A DNA stretch of 64,000 nucleotides from Macrostomum lignano (GCA_002269645.1 NIVC01003351.1:38900-102899), one strand, 5' to 3'; positions 1 to 13,756 are shown, counted from the stretch's first letter. The notes: generated by a model from the sequence alone, not told the origin. Translations and numbers: made by a program.

Positions 1-367
1 GGCCTCAGAGAATCGCCCTCATCCAGCCAGGCCTCAGAGAATCGCCCTCATCCAACCAGGCCTCAGAGAATCGCCCTAGAGAATGGCATTAGAGAATCGG
101 CCTAGAGAATGGCCTCAGAGAATAGCCCCTCATTCAGCCAGGCCTTAGAGAATCGCTCCTCATCCAGCCAGGCCTCAGAGAATCGCCCCTCATCCAACCA
201 GGCCTCAGAAAATCGCCCCTCATCCAGCCAGGCCTCAGAGAATAGCCCCTCATTCAGCCAGGCCTCAGAGAATCGCCCCTCATCCAACCAGGCCTCAGAA
301 AATCGCCCCTCATCCAACCAGGCCTCAGAGAATCGCCCCTCATCCAGCCAGGCCTCAGAAAATCGCT
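1..367. repeat. 30-bp minisatellite GGCCTCAGAGAATCGCCCCTCATCCAGCCA
   Basis: Direct inspection. Confidence 0.95.
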
Positions 368-1109
368 TTAATGAATCGCCCCTTTCCCTTTGTTGCGGCT
401 GTGTGTTATATTTAAGCTGCGACAGGTACTTCTAATGTACTTTCAAACAATTAAGAAGCAAATATATCAAAGCATTTTTGTCTGCATTTTTCAAATGGAT
501 AAAGCACTAAGCATTTGTTTTTGTTAATTTACAATTGCTTAGTTTTATTAGTGTTTAGCAGTGCCATTGCAGTGACATTTTATCGTGCATAAAGGTGGTG
601 TTATCTGCTGGCTGTGTGCGACGGTGATTGACCAATAATAGCGAACTTTGATCTGTGCTTCTTTGAACCAGAACCAGTTCTGTGCTTCTTTCCACAATTC
701 AACTTCGTGTCTTTTTGAAACAAAAATTCTTTCTTTCTTTAAATGTTGCAATTTCGAAACCACAGGAAGTCCTTTATAGTTGTTTTTTATTATTATTTTG
801 ATGACGTCATGTCTCTTATCTTGTTCGGTGTCGGCCTATACATTTCAAATTCAGTATATAAATTCGCGCTCTCAATCTTTACTAACAGCTGCACTGTGCA
901 CAGTATTTTCCTTCTAGAAGCTTCTCAGTAGTTGGTCTAATTTCACTGCATTGGCTTTCCTACTGTTTTGTACCTGTAAGTTTTTTATTCTTTAGTTATA
1001 GGTGCTTGTTTTCAACGTGTGCGCCATCTTTTCTGTTATTCTATTTGCTCTCTTGCTTATGTCCTCTTTCTCGCTGTAGCTCTCCCCTCACAGTCCTCTA
1101 CTAGTTGTA

Positions 1110-2365
1110 ACCCACAGATCTCACTGCCCCCCAGATCTCACTGTCCCCAGATCTCACCGCCCCCACCAGATCACCCCCAGATCTCACTGACCCCCCAGAT
1201 CACCCCCAGATCTCACTGCCCCCCCCAGATCTCACTGCCCCCCCCCCAATCACACCCAGATCTCACTGACCCCCCCCCCAGATCACCCCCAGATCTCACT
1301 GACCCCCCAGATCACCCCCAGATCTCACTGCCCCCCCCAGATCTCACTGCCCCCCCAATCACACCCAGATCTCACTGACCCCCCCAGATCACCCCCAGAT
1401 CTCACTGCCCCCCCAGATCACCCCCAGATCTCACTGCCCCCCAATCACACCCAGATCTCACTGACCCCCCCCCCCAGATCACCCCCAGATCTCACTGCCC
1501 CCCAGATCACCCCCAGATCTCACTGACCCCCCAGATCACCCCCAGATCTCACTGCCCCCCCAGATCACCCCCAGATCTCACTGCCCCCCAGATCACCCCC
1601 AGATCTCACTGACCCCCCCCCCAGATCACCCCCAGATCTCACTGCCCCCCAGATCACCCCCAGATCTTACTGCCCCCCCAGATCACCCCCAGATTACCCC
1701 CAGATCTTACTGCCCCCCCCCAGATCACCCCCCAGATTTCACTGCCCCCCCCAGATCACCCCAGATCTCACTGCCCCCCCAGATCTCACTGCCCCCCCCC
1801 AGATCTCACTGCCCCCCCAGATCACCCCCAGATCTCACTGCCCCCCAGATCACCCCAGATCTCACTGCCCCCCCAGATCTCACTGCCCCCCCCCCAGATC
1901 ACCCCCAGATCTCACTGCCCCCCAGATCACCCCCAGATTTCACTGCCCCCCAGATCACCCCCCAGATCTCACTGACCCCCCCCCCCAGATCACCCCCAGA
2001 TCTCACTGCCCTCCCAGTTCTCCCCGGGCCCCTAGATCTCACTGTCCCCCCCCCCCCAGATCTCACTCCCCCCAGATCTCACTGTGTCCCCCTTGAGATC
2101 TTACTGTTTCCCTCCCATTTCCCTCTCCCTCTCTTAGATCTCACTTCACTCCTAAATCTCACTCTTCACTCTCCCAGATCTCACTTTTCACTTACCTAGA
2201 TCTCACCTTACTCCTAAATCTCACTCTTCACTCTCCCAGATCTCACTCTTCACTTACCTAGATCTCACTTCGCTCCTAAATCTCACTCTCCACTCTCCTA
2301 GATATCACTTTTCATTCTCCTAGATATCACTTTTCATTCTCCTAGATCTCACTCTCCACTCCTAG
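1110..2365. repeat. C-rich CAGATCTCACTG/CAGATCAC minisatellite grading into a CT-rich variant
   Basis: Direct inspection; ends just before the desaturase start. Confidence 0.95.
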
Positions 2366-2444
2366 ATCTCGCTGTTCACCCCACCAACAGAGCGCTGACC
2401 AATACTGCCCCATATTCCCTCAGCAACAGCCGCCCACAGCCGCA

Positions 2445-4207
2445 ATGTCCAACGAGTTCAGCTGGGAGGAGATCCGCAGCCACACGTCGCCAGACAGTCG
2501 CTGGCTAGTGGTTGACAACGCCGTATACGATGTGAGCCGGTGGGCGCAAAAGCACCCGGGCGGCAGTCGCCTGCTGTCGCACTACGCTGGCCAAGACGCT
2601 ACGGAAGCGTTTCGTGCTTTCCATCTCGACCAGTCGACCGTAGCCAAATGGTTGGCGCCATTGCGCATCGGTCGAGTCTGTTCGAACGATCCCGAGCGTC
2701 TAGTTGCTATGCGAACCGATTTCGAACGCTTGCGCAAAGACGCGCAGGCTAGGGGCCTGTTCAAGCCCAGCTTAGTGTTCTACGCCCTGATGCTGGCCCA
2801 CATATTCGCATTGGAGGCCATTGCCTACGCCTGTCTGCGCTTCTGGGGCACCGGCTGGTTGCCTTACATTGTGGCGCTGTGCCTGTACGCTACGGCGCAG
2901 AGTCAGGCTAGCTGGCTGCAGCACGACTTCGGGCACTTGTCGGTGTTTCACAATCGCCGATGGGACGGCTGGCTGCACCAGCTCACTATGAGCTATTTCA
3001 AAGGCGCCTCAGCGCACTGGTGGAAGCATCTGCACTATCAGCATCATTCCAAGCCGAACGTTATGAATAAAGATCCCGACGTTCGCATCCAGCCGCTGTT
3101 CGTTGTTGGGAAAACTATGCCGAAAGAGACTGCGGCTAATCCTAAAAGTCCATACGTGCCCTATCATTTCCAGCACAGGTATTTCTTTGCCATCGGACCG
3201 CCGCTGCTGTTCCCGGTGTACTTTCAAATTGCCACTTTCAGGCACGCCATTTCGCGTCGCTGCTACGTTGATTTGGCCTGCATGGCCCTGTTCTTTGCCA
3301 AGATCGTTGTACTGTACCGGCCGCTGCTGGGTCTGGGCGGCGCTTTCCTTTATTACTTCCTGGTGCGGATGATCGAGAGTCACTGGTGAGTGTCGTGTTT
3401 GTTAGTTTTGAATGTGTGCATGCCGATATTCTGTTATTAACTAGCATGTTATGTTCGATAGTTTACCTGCTAGACTGTTCACTGGTTAGATTATTTACCT
3501 TTAGATAGTTCACCGGTTAGATTGTTCACCTATTAGATTGTTCAACTGTTCGATTGTTCACCTATTAGATTGTTCAACTGTTCGATTGTTCACCTGATAG
3601 ATTGTTCACCTGTTAGATAGTTCACCGGTTAGATTGTTCACCTATTAGATTGTTCAACTGTTAGATAGTTCACCTGATATATTGTTCACCTGTTAGATTG
3701 TTCAACTTTTAGATAGTTAACCTGCTAACTAGTTCACCTGTTAGATAGTTCACTTGTTACTCGTAGATAGTTCACCAGTCAGATAGTTAACTATGTAGCT
3801 TAACCTTCTAGTACCTTCACCTGTTAGACAGCAGCTTCACCTCAACTTTCTCTGTCTCCAGGTTCACTTGGGTGTCGCAGAGCAACCACATCCCCATGGA
3901 GATTGAGCACGACCGCGCTGAGCCTTGGCTGGCCCTTCAGCTGCACGCCACCTGCGACATCGAGAAGTCGCCATTCAACGATTGGTTCACCGGACACCTG
4001 AACTTTCAAATCGAGCACCACCTGTTCCCAACAATGCCGCGTCATAACTATTACAAAATCCAGCCGGATGTGCAACACCTGTGCCAAAAGTACGGCATCC
4101 GGCACGAGATTAAGCCGCTGTGGCGAGCCTTCTGCGACGTTATCGGATCGCTGCGCCACTCTGGCGAAATCTGGCACGCGGCTTATCACGCCCATCATAT
4201 GGACTAA
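2445..4207 (+). CDS. FADS2: Front-end (cytochrome b5 fusion) fatty acyl desaturase, FADS1/2-like; exons 2445-3385 and 3862-4207, 428 aa
   Basis: HPGG heme motif and the HDFGH, HYQHH and QIEHH boxes are present. A GT-AG intron (3386-3861) restores ESHW|FTWVSQSNH in frame. The symbol marks the family only; regiospecificity is unknown. Confidence 0.93.
3465..3830. repeat. ~16-bp TAGATTGTTCACCTGT repeat in the desaturase intron
   Basis: Direct inspection. Confidence 0.9.
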
Positions 4208-4689
4208 GGCTGCAGTGTTCGATTGTCTACTGTCAGTAGCTGATCGGCACATCGGGTGGACTACTTGAGGAGATATTTTATTGTTTCACGCATCATTTCG
4301 TGTGCTGTCATGTTTGTGGATTATATTAATTAATATACATATAAGTAATATTATGGAACTCAGCGTCGAACTTTATTTTTGTTGGACTATGAGCCAATTT
4401 GATATGCCGTTCATTTATTGATTTTGCAAACTTATTCTGTTATGTGTCTCATCTTTGTCATTTTTATTCTGTCGCAATCGGATGCTAAATAGGTTATTAT
4501 TATAGCTTAAGTTTTCTTGCTTTTGTTTTCTGTATTTTGACATCCGCATTCTTGTGCGTCTCTACAAATGCTTTGCTAGCCTGATGTATGAATAAATATT
4601 AATTTAATTTTTCCCCGATTTTAAATATATTGTTGAGCGTGTTTCCGGCAAATCCAGGCATCGGAGAAAGCTCGAGGTCTATATGTACA

Positions 4690-5337
4690 TTCGGAAAGAT
4701 ATTGAGCCAGTGAATCTGTATTCTAAATGTACATTAGGGGAAGAGATTGAGCCAGTGAATCTGTATTCTAAATGTACATTAGGGGAAGAGATTGAGCCAG
4801 TGAATCTGTGGTCTAAATGTACATTAGGGGAAGAGATTGAGCCAGTGAATCTGTATTCTAAATGTACATTAGGGGAAGAGATTGAGCCAGAGAATCTGTG
4901 GTCTAAATGTACATTAGGGGGAAGAGATTGAGCCAGTGAATCTGTATTCTAAATGTACATTAGGGGAAGAGATTGAGCCAGTGAATCTGTAGTCTAAATG
5001 TACATTAGTGAAAGAGATTGAGCCAGTGAATCTGTGGTCTAAATGTACATTAGGGGAAGAGATTGAGCCAGTGAATCTGTGGTCTAAATGTACATTAGGG
5101 GAAGAGATTGAGCCAGTGAATCTGTGGTCTAAATGTACATTAGGGGAAGAGATTGAGCCAGTGAATCTGTGGTCTAAATGTACATTAGGGGAAGAGATTG
5201 AGCCAGTAAATCTGTATTCTAAATGTACATTAGGGGAAGAGATTGAGCCAGTGAATCTGTGGTCTAAATGTACATTAGGGGAAGAGATTGAGCCAGTGAA
5301 TCTGTGGTCTAAATGTACATTAGGGGGAAGAGATTGA
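4690..5337. repeat. 45-bp minisatellite GAAGAGATTGAGCCAGTGAATCTGTGGTCTAAATGTACATTAGGG
   Basis: Direct inspection. Confidence 0.95.
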
Positions 5338-6104
5338 GTTAATCACTTAAACCAGTGCTTATTAGCTCTTTAACAGATAGATCTCTAATATATAACTGAT
5401 AGACCTTAAAATTGGTGAAATTGCCAACTGACATTGTTTTGATAATTATTGACAATTTATTTCAGCTTTTTTATTCAAATTGCGGCCATTTTTATACTTA
5501 AAAAGAGTTTAAAAATTTCTGCACTCTTAGCCACGATTTTTTTCTGCTTTTTAATCGTAAAATCTACCCCTATAAACTCTTGTGCACCTACTTTGCCGCT
5601 GCTGAAACTCAAAATCTAACATGCAGATGCGCCATTCCGATCTGTCTTGGGGCGTTTTTTAACTTTGTTTTCTTTACTTATTGCTGCTAATCTTTAGTTT
5701 GATTTTTTTTGTTAAAAATCACTTCGTTAGAGACTATCCCAGTGTCATTAAATTATTTTATATTTATTATATTTGTCATATTTAGCCTTGACTGTTGTCA
5801 TTTGTACTTAAATTGATGAATATATAAACGCTTCTATTTTGTTTACTGTTGGTGAGCTTCTCCCTTTTATTGCACTTTTATTGTATACTCGCATATACTA
5901 GTATCAATAACGCTTATGCACTTTTACACAGCATACGCTAAGGAAGGTGTTGCACTTCTAAATGCTTTTGTTGAAATTTAAGAAGCAATCATGTTTATAT
6001 TGAGGCTGACTTACTGATACCTTATTTAAAGTACTTCATGTACCTAATTGATTATGCAGAGCGATTTCAATTTTTATTTCAGTTTTCAAAAGGTTTATTG
6101 GTCT

Positions 6105-7674
6105 GGTCAGGATTGGGTAGGCTAGAGTGTCTGATTGGTCAGGATGGGGTAGGCTAGAGTGTGTCTGATTGGTCAGGATGGGGTAGGCTAGAGTGCGTCT
6201 GATTGGTCAGGATTGGGTAGGCTAGAGTGTGTCTGATTGGTCAGGATGGGGTAGGCTAGAGTGTGTCTGATTGGTCAGGATTGGGTAGGCTAGAGTGCGT
6301 CTGATTGGTCAGGATGGGGTAGGCTAGAGTGTGTCTGATTGGTCAGGATGGGGTAAGCTAGAGTGTGTCTGATTGGTCAGGATGGGGTAGGCTAGAGTGT
6401 GTCTGATTGGTCAGGATTGGGTAGGCTAGAGTGTGTCTGATTGGTCAGGATGGGGTAGGCTAGAGTGTGTCTGATTGGTCAGGATGGGGTAGGCTAGAGT
6501 GTGTCTGATTGGTCAGGATGGGGTAGGCTAGAGTGTGTCTGATTGGTCAGGATGGGGTAAGCTAGAGTGTGTCTGATTGGTCAGGATTGGGTAGGCTAGA
6601 GTGTGTCTGATTGGTCAGGATGGGGTAGGCTAGAGTGTGTCTGATTGGTCAGGATTGGGTAGGCTAGAGTGTGTCTGATTGGTCAGGATTGGGTAGGCTA
6701 GAGTGCGTCTGATTGGTCAGGATTGGGTAGGCTAGAGTGCGTCTGATTGGTCAGGATTGGGTAGGCTAGAGTGTGTCTGATTGGTCAGGATGGGGTAGGC
6801 TAGAGTGTGTCTGATTGGTCAGGATTGGGTAGGCTAGAGTGCGTCTGATTGGTCAGGATGGGGTAGGCTAGAGTGTGTCTGATTGGTCAGGATGGGGTAG
6901 GCTAGAGTGTGTCTGATTGGTCAGGATGGGGTAAGCTAGAGTGTGTCTGATTGGTCAGGATGGGGTAGGCTAGAGTGTGTCTGATTGGTCAGGATTGGGT
7001 AGGCTAGAGTGTGTCTGATTGGTCAGGATGGGGTAGGCTAGAGTGTGTCTGATTGGTCAGGATGGGGTAGGCTAGAGTGTGTCTGATTGGTCAGGATGGG
7101 GTAGGCTAGAGTGTGTCTGATTGGTCAGGATGGGGTAAGCTAGAGTGTGTCTGATTGGTCAGGATTGGGTAGGCTAGAGTGTGTCTGATTGGTCAGGATG
7201 GGGTAGGCTAGAGTGTGTCTGATTGGTCAGGATTGGGTAGGCTAGAGTGTCTGATTGGTCAGGATGGGGTAGGCTAGAGTGCGTCTGATTGGTCAGGATT
7301 GGGTAGGCTAGAGTGTGTCTGATTGGTCAGGATTGGGTAGGCTAGAGTGCGTCTGATTGGTCAGGATTGGGTAGGCTAGAGTGTGTCTGATTGGTCAGGA
7401 TTGGGTAGGCTAGAGTGTGTCTGATTGGTCAGGATTGGGTAGGCTAGAGTGCGTCTGATTGGTCAGGATGGGGTAGGCTAGAGTGTGTCTGATTGGTCAG
7501 GATTGGGTAGGCTAGAGTGTGTCTGATTGGTCAGGATGGGGTAGGCTAGAGTGTATCTGATTGGTCAGGATGGGGTAAGCTAGAGTGTGTCTGATTGGTC
7601 AGGATTGGGTAGGCTAGAGTGTGTCTGATTGGTCAGGATGGGGTAGGCTAGAGTGTGTCTGATTGGTCAGGATT
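6105..7674. repeat. 34-bp minisatellite CTGATTGGTCAGGATGGGGTAGGCTAGAGTGTGT
   Basis: Direct inspection. Confidence 0.97.
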
Positions 7675-8397
7675 TCTATTATATTCATTTATGTCAAACG
7701 GCTTTGATATAATTACTTGGGATGGCAATTTTACTAATTGATATAAAAGCAAGAATTGTATTTTAATATCTATACTGCACCTTTATTCAAAGTACTTAAT
7801 GCTTCTATGTGATGATATATTGTGAGTCTATGTATTGCAATTTTGCCAATAATCATTTTTTGCAGGCATGAGAATAAGCTCGCTTTTAGACATAAATCGC
7901 TCAGTTACAATCGTACCCATATACACGATCGTCTATATTCGGGTTTTGTATTGAAGAAGTTATTTTTATTCGTAATTTAAATATTTTTTCTATCAGCTTT
8001 TTATCTGTTTAGTGTTGAATTTAGCAAGGCAAAAAGCACATCTTTATCTTGTCCTGCATAACCCAACTATTGAGAATAACTGCTTTGATTAAGTGTTACA
8101 TTTGCTTGCTTTTGCCATTGGTATTCAAAATTGATTGCTTAGTATTTACTGTTAGTAGTATTTTGTCAATTTATTTTTAAGTGGCGCTGCTTCTACAGTG
8201 GTTTGTAGTCTATTATTACACCTGTACCCTGCCCCAATTGTTATTGTTCAGTTTTCAATCTGGTTTAATAATATAATAAACATCTAGCTGCTAACTGTCG
8301 CTACGAACTTATCCTTTGCGATCAAGTAGAAAATTTTGTAATTGATATGCTTATCATATCCGGCTGATAGGGTCGTGTCAGTATTAGAGTGTGGTGA

Positions 8398-9611
8398 TGT
8401 CTGATTGGTCAGAATGGGTAGGCTAGAGTGCCTGATTGGTCAGGATGGGGTAGGCTAAAGTGTGTCTGATTGGCCACGATGGGGTAGGCTAAAGTGTGTC
8501 TGATTGGTCAGGATGGGGTAGGCTAGAGTGTCAGATTGGTCAAGATGGGGTTGGCTAGAGTGTCAGATTGGTCAAGATGGGGTTGGCTAGAGTGTCAGTT
8601 TGGTCAGGATGGGGTTGGCTAGAGTGTCAGATTGGTCAGGATGGGGTAGGCTAGAGTGTGCCTGATTGGTCAGGATGGGGTAGGCTAGAGTTGCCTGATT
8701 GGTCAGGATGGGGTAGGCTAGAGTGTGCCTGATTGGTCAGGATGGGGTAGGCTAGAGTGTGCCTGATTGGTCAGGATGGGGTAGGCTAGAGTGTGCCTGA
8801 TTGGTCAGGATGGGGTAGGCTAGAGTGTGTCTGATTGGTCAGGATGGGGTAGGCTAGAGTGTGCCTGATTGGTCAGGATGGGGGTAGGCTAGAGTGTGCC
8901 TGATTGGTCAGGATGGGGGTAGGCTAGAGTGTGCCTGATTGGTCAGGATTGGGTAGGCTAGAGTGTGTCTGATTGGTCAGGATTGGGTAGGCTAGAGTGT
9001 GTCTGATTGGTCAGGATGGGGGTAGGCTAGAGTGTGCCTGATTGGTCAGGATTGGGTAGGCTAGAGTGTGTCTGATTGGTCAGGATGGGGTAGCTAGAGT
9101 GTGCCTGATTGGTCAGGATTGGGTAGGCTAGAGTGTGTCTGATTGGTCAGGATGGGGGTAGGCTAGAGTGTGTCTGATTGGTCAGGATTGGGTAGGCTAG
9201 AGTGTGTCTGATTGGTCAGGATGGGGGTAGGCTAGAGTGTGTCTGATTGGTCAGGATTGGGTAGGCTAGAGTGTGCCTGATTGGTCAGGATGGGGTAGGC
9301 TAGAGTGTGTCTGATTGGTCAGGATTGGGTAGGCTAGAGTGTGTCTGATTGGTCAGGATGGGGGTAGGCTAGAGTGTGTCTGATTGGTCAGGATTGGGTA
9401 GGCTAGAGTGTGTCTGATTGGTCAGGATTGGGTAGGCTAGAGTGTGCCTGATTGTCAGGATGGGGGTAGGCTAGAGTGTGTCTGATTGGTCAGGATTGGG
9501 TAGGCTAGAGTGTGTCTGATTGGTCAGGATGGGGGTAGGCTAGAGTGTGTCTGATTGGTCAGGATTGGGTAGGCTAGAGTGTGCCTGATTGGTCAGGATG
9601 GGGTAGGCTAG
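8398..9611. repeat. Second array of the same 34-bp family
   Basis: Direct inspection. Confidence 0.97.
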
Positions 9612-10626
9612 TCTCTAAAGTTCCGTCGACAAACTGATCGTTGTTATAAAAGTATGTTAGCTTAGTATCGTTTACTAAATCATATTGCATGCTCAGGTGC
9701 ATCTCTGCCCATTTGGCAGCAGCTTGAATTTGTACTCAAGAGTGAGAGAGGGTGTACACCTAGCTACTTACCCGAATGGACTCAAAGCCTAGCGGCCAAC
9801 AGCAGCAGCGCCAGCCAACCTCACTTGCCAGCGGCAGCGGCGGCCTCTTTAACTGGCTATTCGGCCTGAATCCGGACAGCTATCCCCGCTCGGTGAATTA
9901 TTATTCCAGCTACGCCAGCGAAACGCCCGCCCTCGGCTGATGCAGGCGTGCCCACTACTGTTAGTAGTAGAGACAGCAGCGATTCGCCTAATATTCACTT
10001 CCGGCCACTGCATCCAGCGCCTCTCCTATACTACTGAGCCAGATGACGTCAGCCGCTCAGTCACCTTTAATTAGCATTCACGGCGGCGACGAGTCTTTGA
10101 AATCGGCCGCCGAACTGTTCGGCGCTCGCCGACGTCGCGACTCGGAAATGTTTCGCGATTTGAACGCTAATGCGCCCAATAATTTCTAGGCGTAACTGAT
10201 CGTACGGTGGGGTAGCGGGTTCAGAAGTAACGAGAATTTCGTTCTGCATGAGTAACCTAAATCGAATCTATCAGCCTGTATGCATCAGTGATGACTCTAC
10301 ATGACAGTCCAGACCTCAAGATAAAAATATTACAACAGTTTTTTGTCGCTTGTTCTCTAGACCTGAAAAAACGTTGAGAACTTTACTGACTAGACTAAAA
10401 AGTGCTTATAAGTGAGGCTATGGAACTTTTGACACAACAAAATAGATTGTCATGGACAGAAACTTTTCATTATCATGGCGCCGGTCTGGTTGGCAAACTT
10501 CGGCCCGCGAAGCCTCTCTATCCGGTCCTCGTGTCCTTTGTAACTTCACAATAGCAATCTTCTCTCTCCTCTCTTCTCCCCTCTCCTATTTCATCAATTC
10601 TCTCCTTTTGTCCTCTGTCTTCTCAG

Positions 10627-10985
10627 GTTCTCTATCTGGCTTTTGCCGACCCCTGATGTCACCGATGCATGCAGGCGAGTTGCCATCCATTGGGTGATCA
10701 TGGTAGTACCGGTTTTTCTGTCTATTCTAAAGGCTATTCTTAATTCTACTATATTTTATTTTATATACTCTGCGCTATCTAATGACGAAATTTCTGTGTC
10801 CGCTATGTTTAGTTTTTCAGGCCGCGCTATACTTTCTACTTATATCAGTAGACGAACTCGGACATACATCCTTTAGTGTTGTAGTTAGCCAAGCACAAAG
10901 AAGAAGTAAAAAGAAGGATATCACCAATCCGGTATACTTGGCAACTCGAATGGATCAGCCCATGAAGGCCAACCCCCCCCCCTAA
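10627..10985 (+). CDS. Possible 3' exons (10627-10702, 10821-10985) of an unidentified membrane protein
   Basis: A long pyrimidine tract plus CAG acceptor sits at 10626. Phase-0 splicing ATG|GTAGTA..TTTTCAG|GCC gives a hydrophobic helix (HWVIMAALYFLLISV). No family recognised. Confidence 0.3.
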
Positions 10986-11654
10986 GGCACAGAGAGTGTA
11001 CATGCCTGACGATCAGAAAGTCAGGGCCGCTGTACACCCTGCGTGAGCGTGTGCATGAGAGCGTGCCTGCGTACAGTATTGGCGCGCTTGTATTGTGCTC
11101 AGGAGTCAGCGGAATGGGCAGAATTGCCGTCAGCTCTGGTTTTGAGACGATGTCGTCGTCTAAGGCGTTGCGCCAGGGTGCAATTTTATTATGGGGGATT
11201 ATGCTCGTAAATTTACCATTGAAGTTCACAGACCACGGACCAAAGCTACATTAAATTTGCGATAAGACCCATCTGCGATGTGTGTAATCATTTTTTCGCT
11301 TTTTAAATCGCTTTATATTCGAGTTGATCGTGAGTTAAACGTGTAAACAAGCGCGTATTATATTCGCATAATAATATTTCATAATTGCGAGTCATCGTTT
11401 TGTACAGCAAACTAAGTACATCGCAACCTCTGCTGCGTGCACTGTAGGTCGCTTTAAATCTTGTGATATTATATAGCAAGCACCATTGAGTAACTCTTAA
11501 TAGTAGTTAAGCTCCTCAATACAGTAATTATTGTAATTTTATCCATGCTATCAAACATTTATGCTTGTAAAAATAAACATTTTCGAGTCATTTTACATTA
11601 TTCTAGATATTCTGTTCATTTTGGTTGTTTCAATTGCTCCGTCATACAAAATTA

Positions 11655-12772
11655 AATCTCCTGATTGGCCACAGTCTTGTCTTATCTTTCCTAACTGATT
11701 ACCTTCCTTCCCCTGGACCTCTGATTGGCTGCAATCTCCCCTACCTCAATTCTTCTGATTGGCTGCAATCTTTCTCCCCCCCCTCTAGTGCCTCTGATTA
11801 ACTGCAATCTCCCCCCCCCTTAGTGCCTCTGATTAGCTGCAATCTCCCCCCTTTAGTGCTCTGATTAACTGCAATCTCCCCCCCTTAGTGCCTCTGATTA
11901 GCTGCAATCTCCCCCCTTTAGTGCCTCTGATTGGCTGCAATCTCCCCCATAGTGCCTCTGATTAACTGCAATCTCCCCCCTTAGTGCCTCTGATTGGCTG
12001 CAATCTCCCCCATAGTGCCTCTGATTAACTGCAATCTCCCCCTTAGTGCCTCTGATTGGCTGATATCCCCCTAGTGCCTCCGATTGGCTGCAATCTCCCC
12101 CCTTAGTGCCTCTGATTGGCTGCAAGCTCCCCTTAGTGCCTCTGATTGGCTGATATCCCCCCTAGTGCCTCCGATTGGCTTAAATCTCCTTCCCCTTAGT
12201 GCCTCTGATTGGCTGATATCTCCTTCCCCTTAGTGCCTCTGATTGGCTGATATCCCCCCTAGTGCCTCCGATTGGCTGCAATCTCCCCCCCCCTTAGTGC
12301 CTCTGATTGGCTGCAAGCTCCCCTTAGTGTCTCTGATTGGCTGATATCCCCCTAGTGCCTCCGATTGGCTGCAATCTCCCTCCCCTTAGTGCCTCTGATT
12401 GGCTGCAAGCTCCCCTTAGTGCCTCTGATTGGCTGATACCCTCCTAGTGCTCCGATTGCTTCAATCTCCTTCCCCTTAGTGCCTTGATTGGCTGATATCT
12501 CCTTCCCCTTAGTGCCTTCTGATTGGCTGATATCCCCCCTAGTGCTCCGATTGCTGCAATCTCCCCCCTTATTGTCTCTGATTGGCTGCAAGCTCCCCCT
12601 TAGTGCCTTGATTGCTGCAATCTCCCCCTCAGTGCTTCTGATTGGCTGCAATCTTTGCTGCTCTAATTGGCTGTACTTCCCACCTTCCATCCAAGCCTGT
12701 GATTGGCTATGGCATTTCTCTCCCTCTTCCAAGCCGCCGCCTTTCCTTCCCCTCCATGCCCCTCCAGCCAAT
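11655..12772. repeat. ~30-bp minisatellite CTCTGATTGGCTGCAATCTCCCCCTTAGTG
   Basis: Direct inspection. Confidence 0.95.
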
Positions 12773-13756
12773 NNNNNNNNNNNNNNNNNNNNNNNNNNNN
12801 NNNNNNNNNNNNNNNNNNNNNNNNNNNNNNNNNNNNNNNNNNNNNNNNNNNNNNNNNNNNNNNNNNNNNNNNNNNNNNNNNNNNNNNNNNNNNNNNNNNN
12901 NNNNNNNNNNNNNNNNNNNNNNNNNNNNNNNNNNNNNNNNNNNNNNNNNNNNNNNNNNNNNNNNNNNNNNNNNNNNNNNNNNNNNNNNNNNNNNNNNNNN
13001 NNNNNNNNNNNNNNNNNNNNNNNNNNNNNNNNNNNNNNNNNNNNNNNNNNNNNNNNNNNNNNNNNNNNNNNNNNNNNNNNNNNNNNNNNNNNNNNNNNNN
13101 NNNNNNNNNNNNNNNNNNNNNNNNNNNNNNNNNNNNNNNNNNNNNNNNNNNNNNNNNNNNNNNNNNNNNNNNNNNNNNNNNNNNNNNNNNNNNNNNNNNN
13201 NNNNNNNNNNNNNNNNNNNNNNNNNNNNNNNNNNNNNNNNNNNNNNNNNNNNNNNNNNNNNNNNNNNNNNNNNNNNNNNNNNNNNNNNNNNNNNNNNNNN
13301 NNNNNNNNNNNNNNNNNNNNNNNNNNNNNNNNNNNNNNNNNNNNNNNNNNNNNNNNNNNNNNNNNNNNNNNNNNNNNNNNNNNNNNNNNNNNNNNNNNNN
13401 NNNNNNNNNNNNNNNNNNNNNNNNNNNNNNNNNNNNNNNNNNNNNNNNNNNNNNNNNNNNNNNNNNNNNNNNNNNNNNNNNNNNNNNNNNNNNNNNNNNN
13501 NNNNNNNNNNNNNNNNNNNNNNNNNNNNNNNNNNNNNNNNNNNNNNNNNNNNNNNNNNNNNNNNNNNNNNNNNNNNNNNNNNNNNNNNNNNNNNNNNNNN
13601 NNNNNNNNNNNNNNNNNNNNNNNNNNNNNNNNNNNNNNNNNNNNNNNNNNNNNNNNNNNNNNNNNNNNNNNNNNNNNNNNNNNNNNNNNNNNNNNNNNNN
13701 NNNNNNNNNNNNNNNNNNNNNNNNNNNNNNNNNNNNNNNNNNNNNNNNNNNNNNNN
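12773..13756. other. Assembly gap (984 N)
   Basis: Run of N between two different minisatellites. Confidence 1.
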
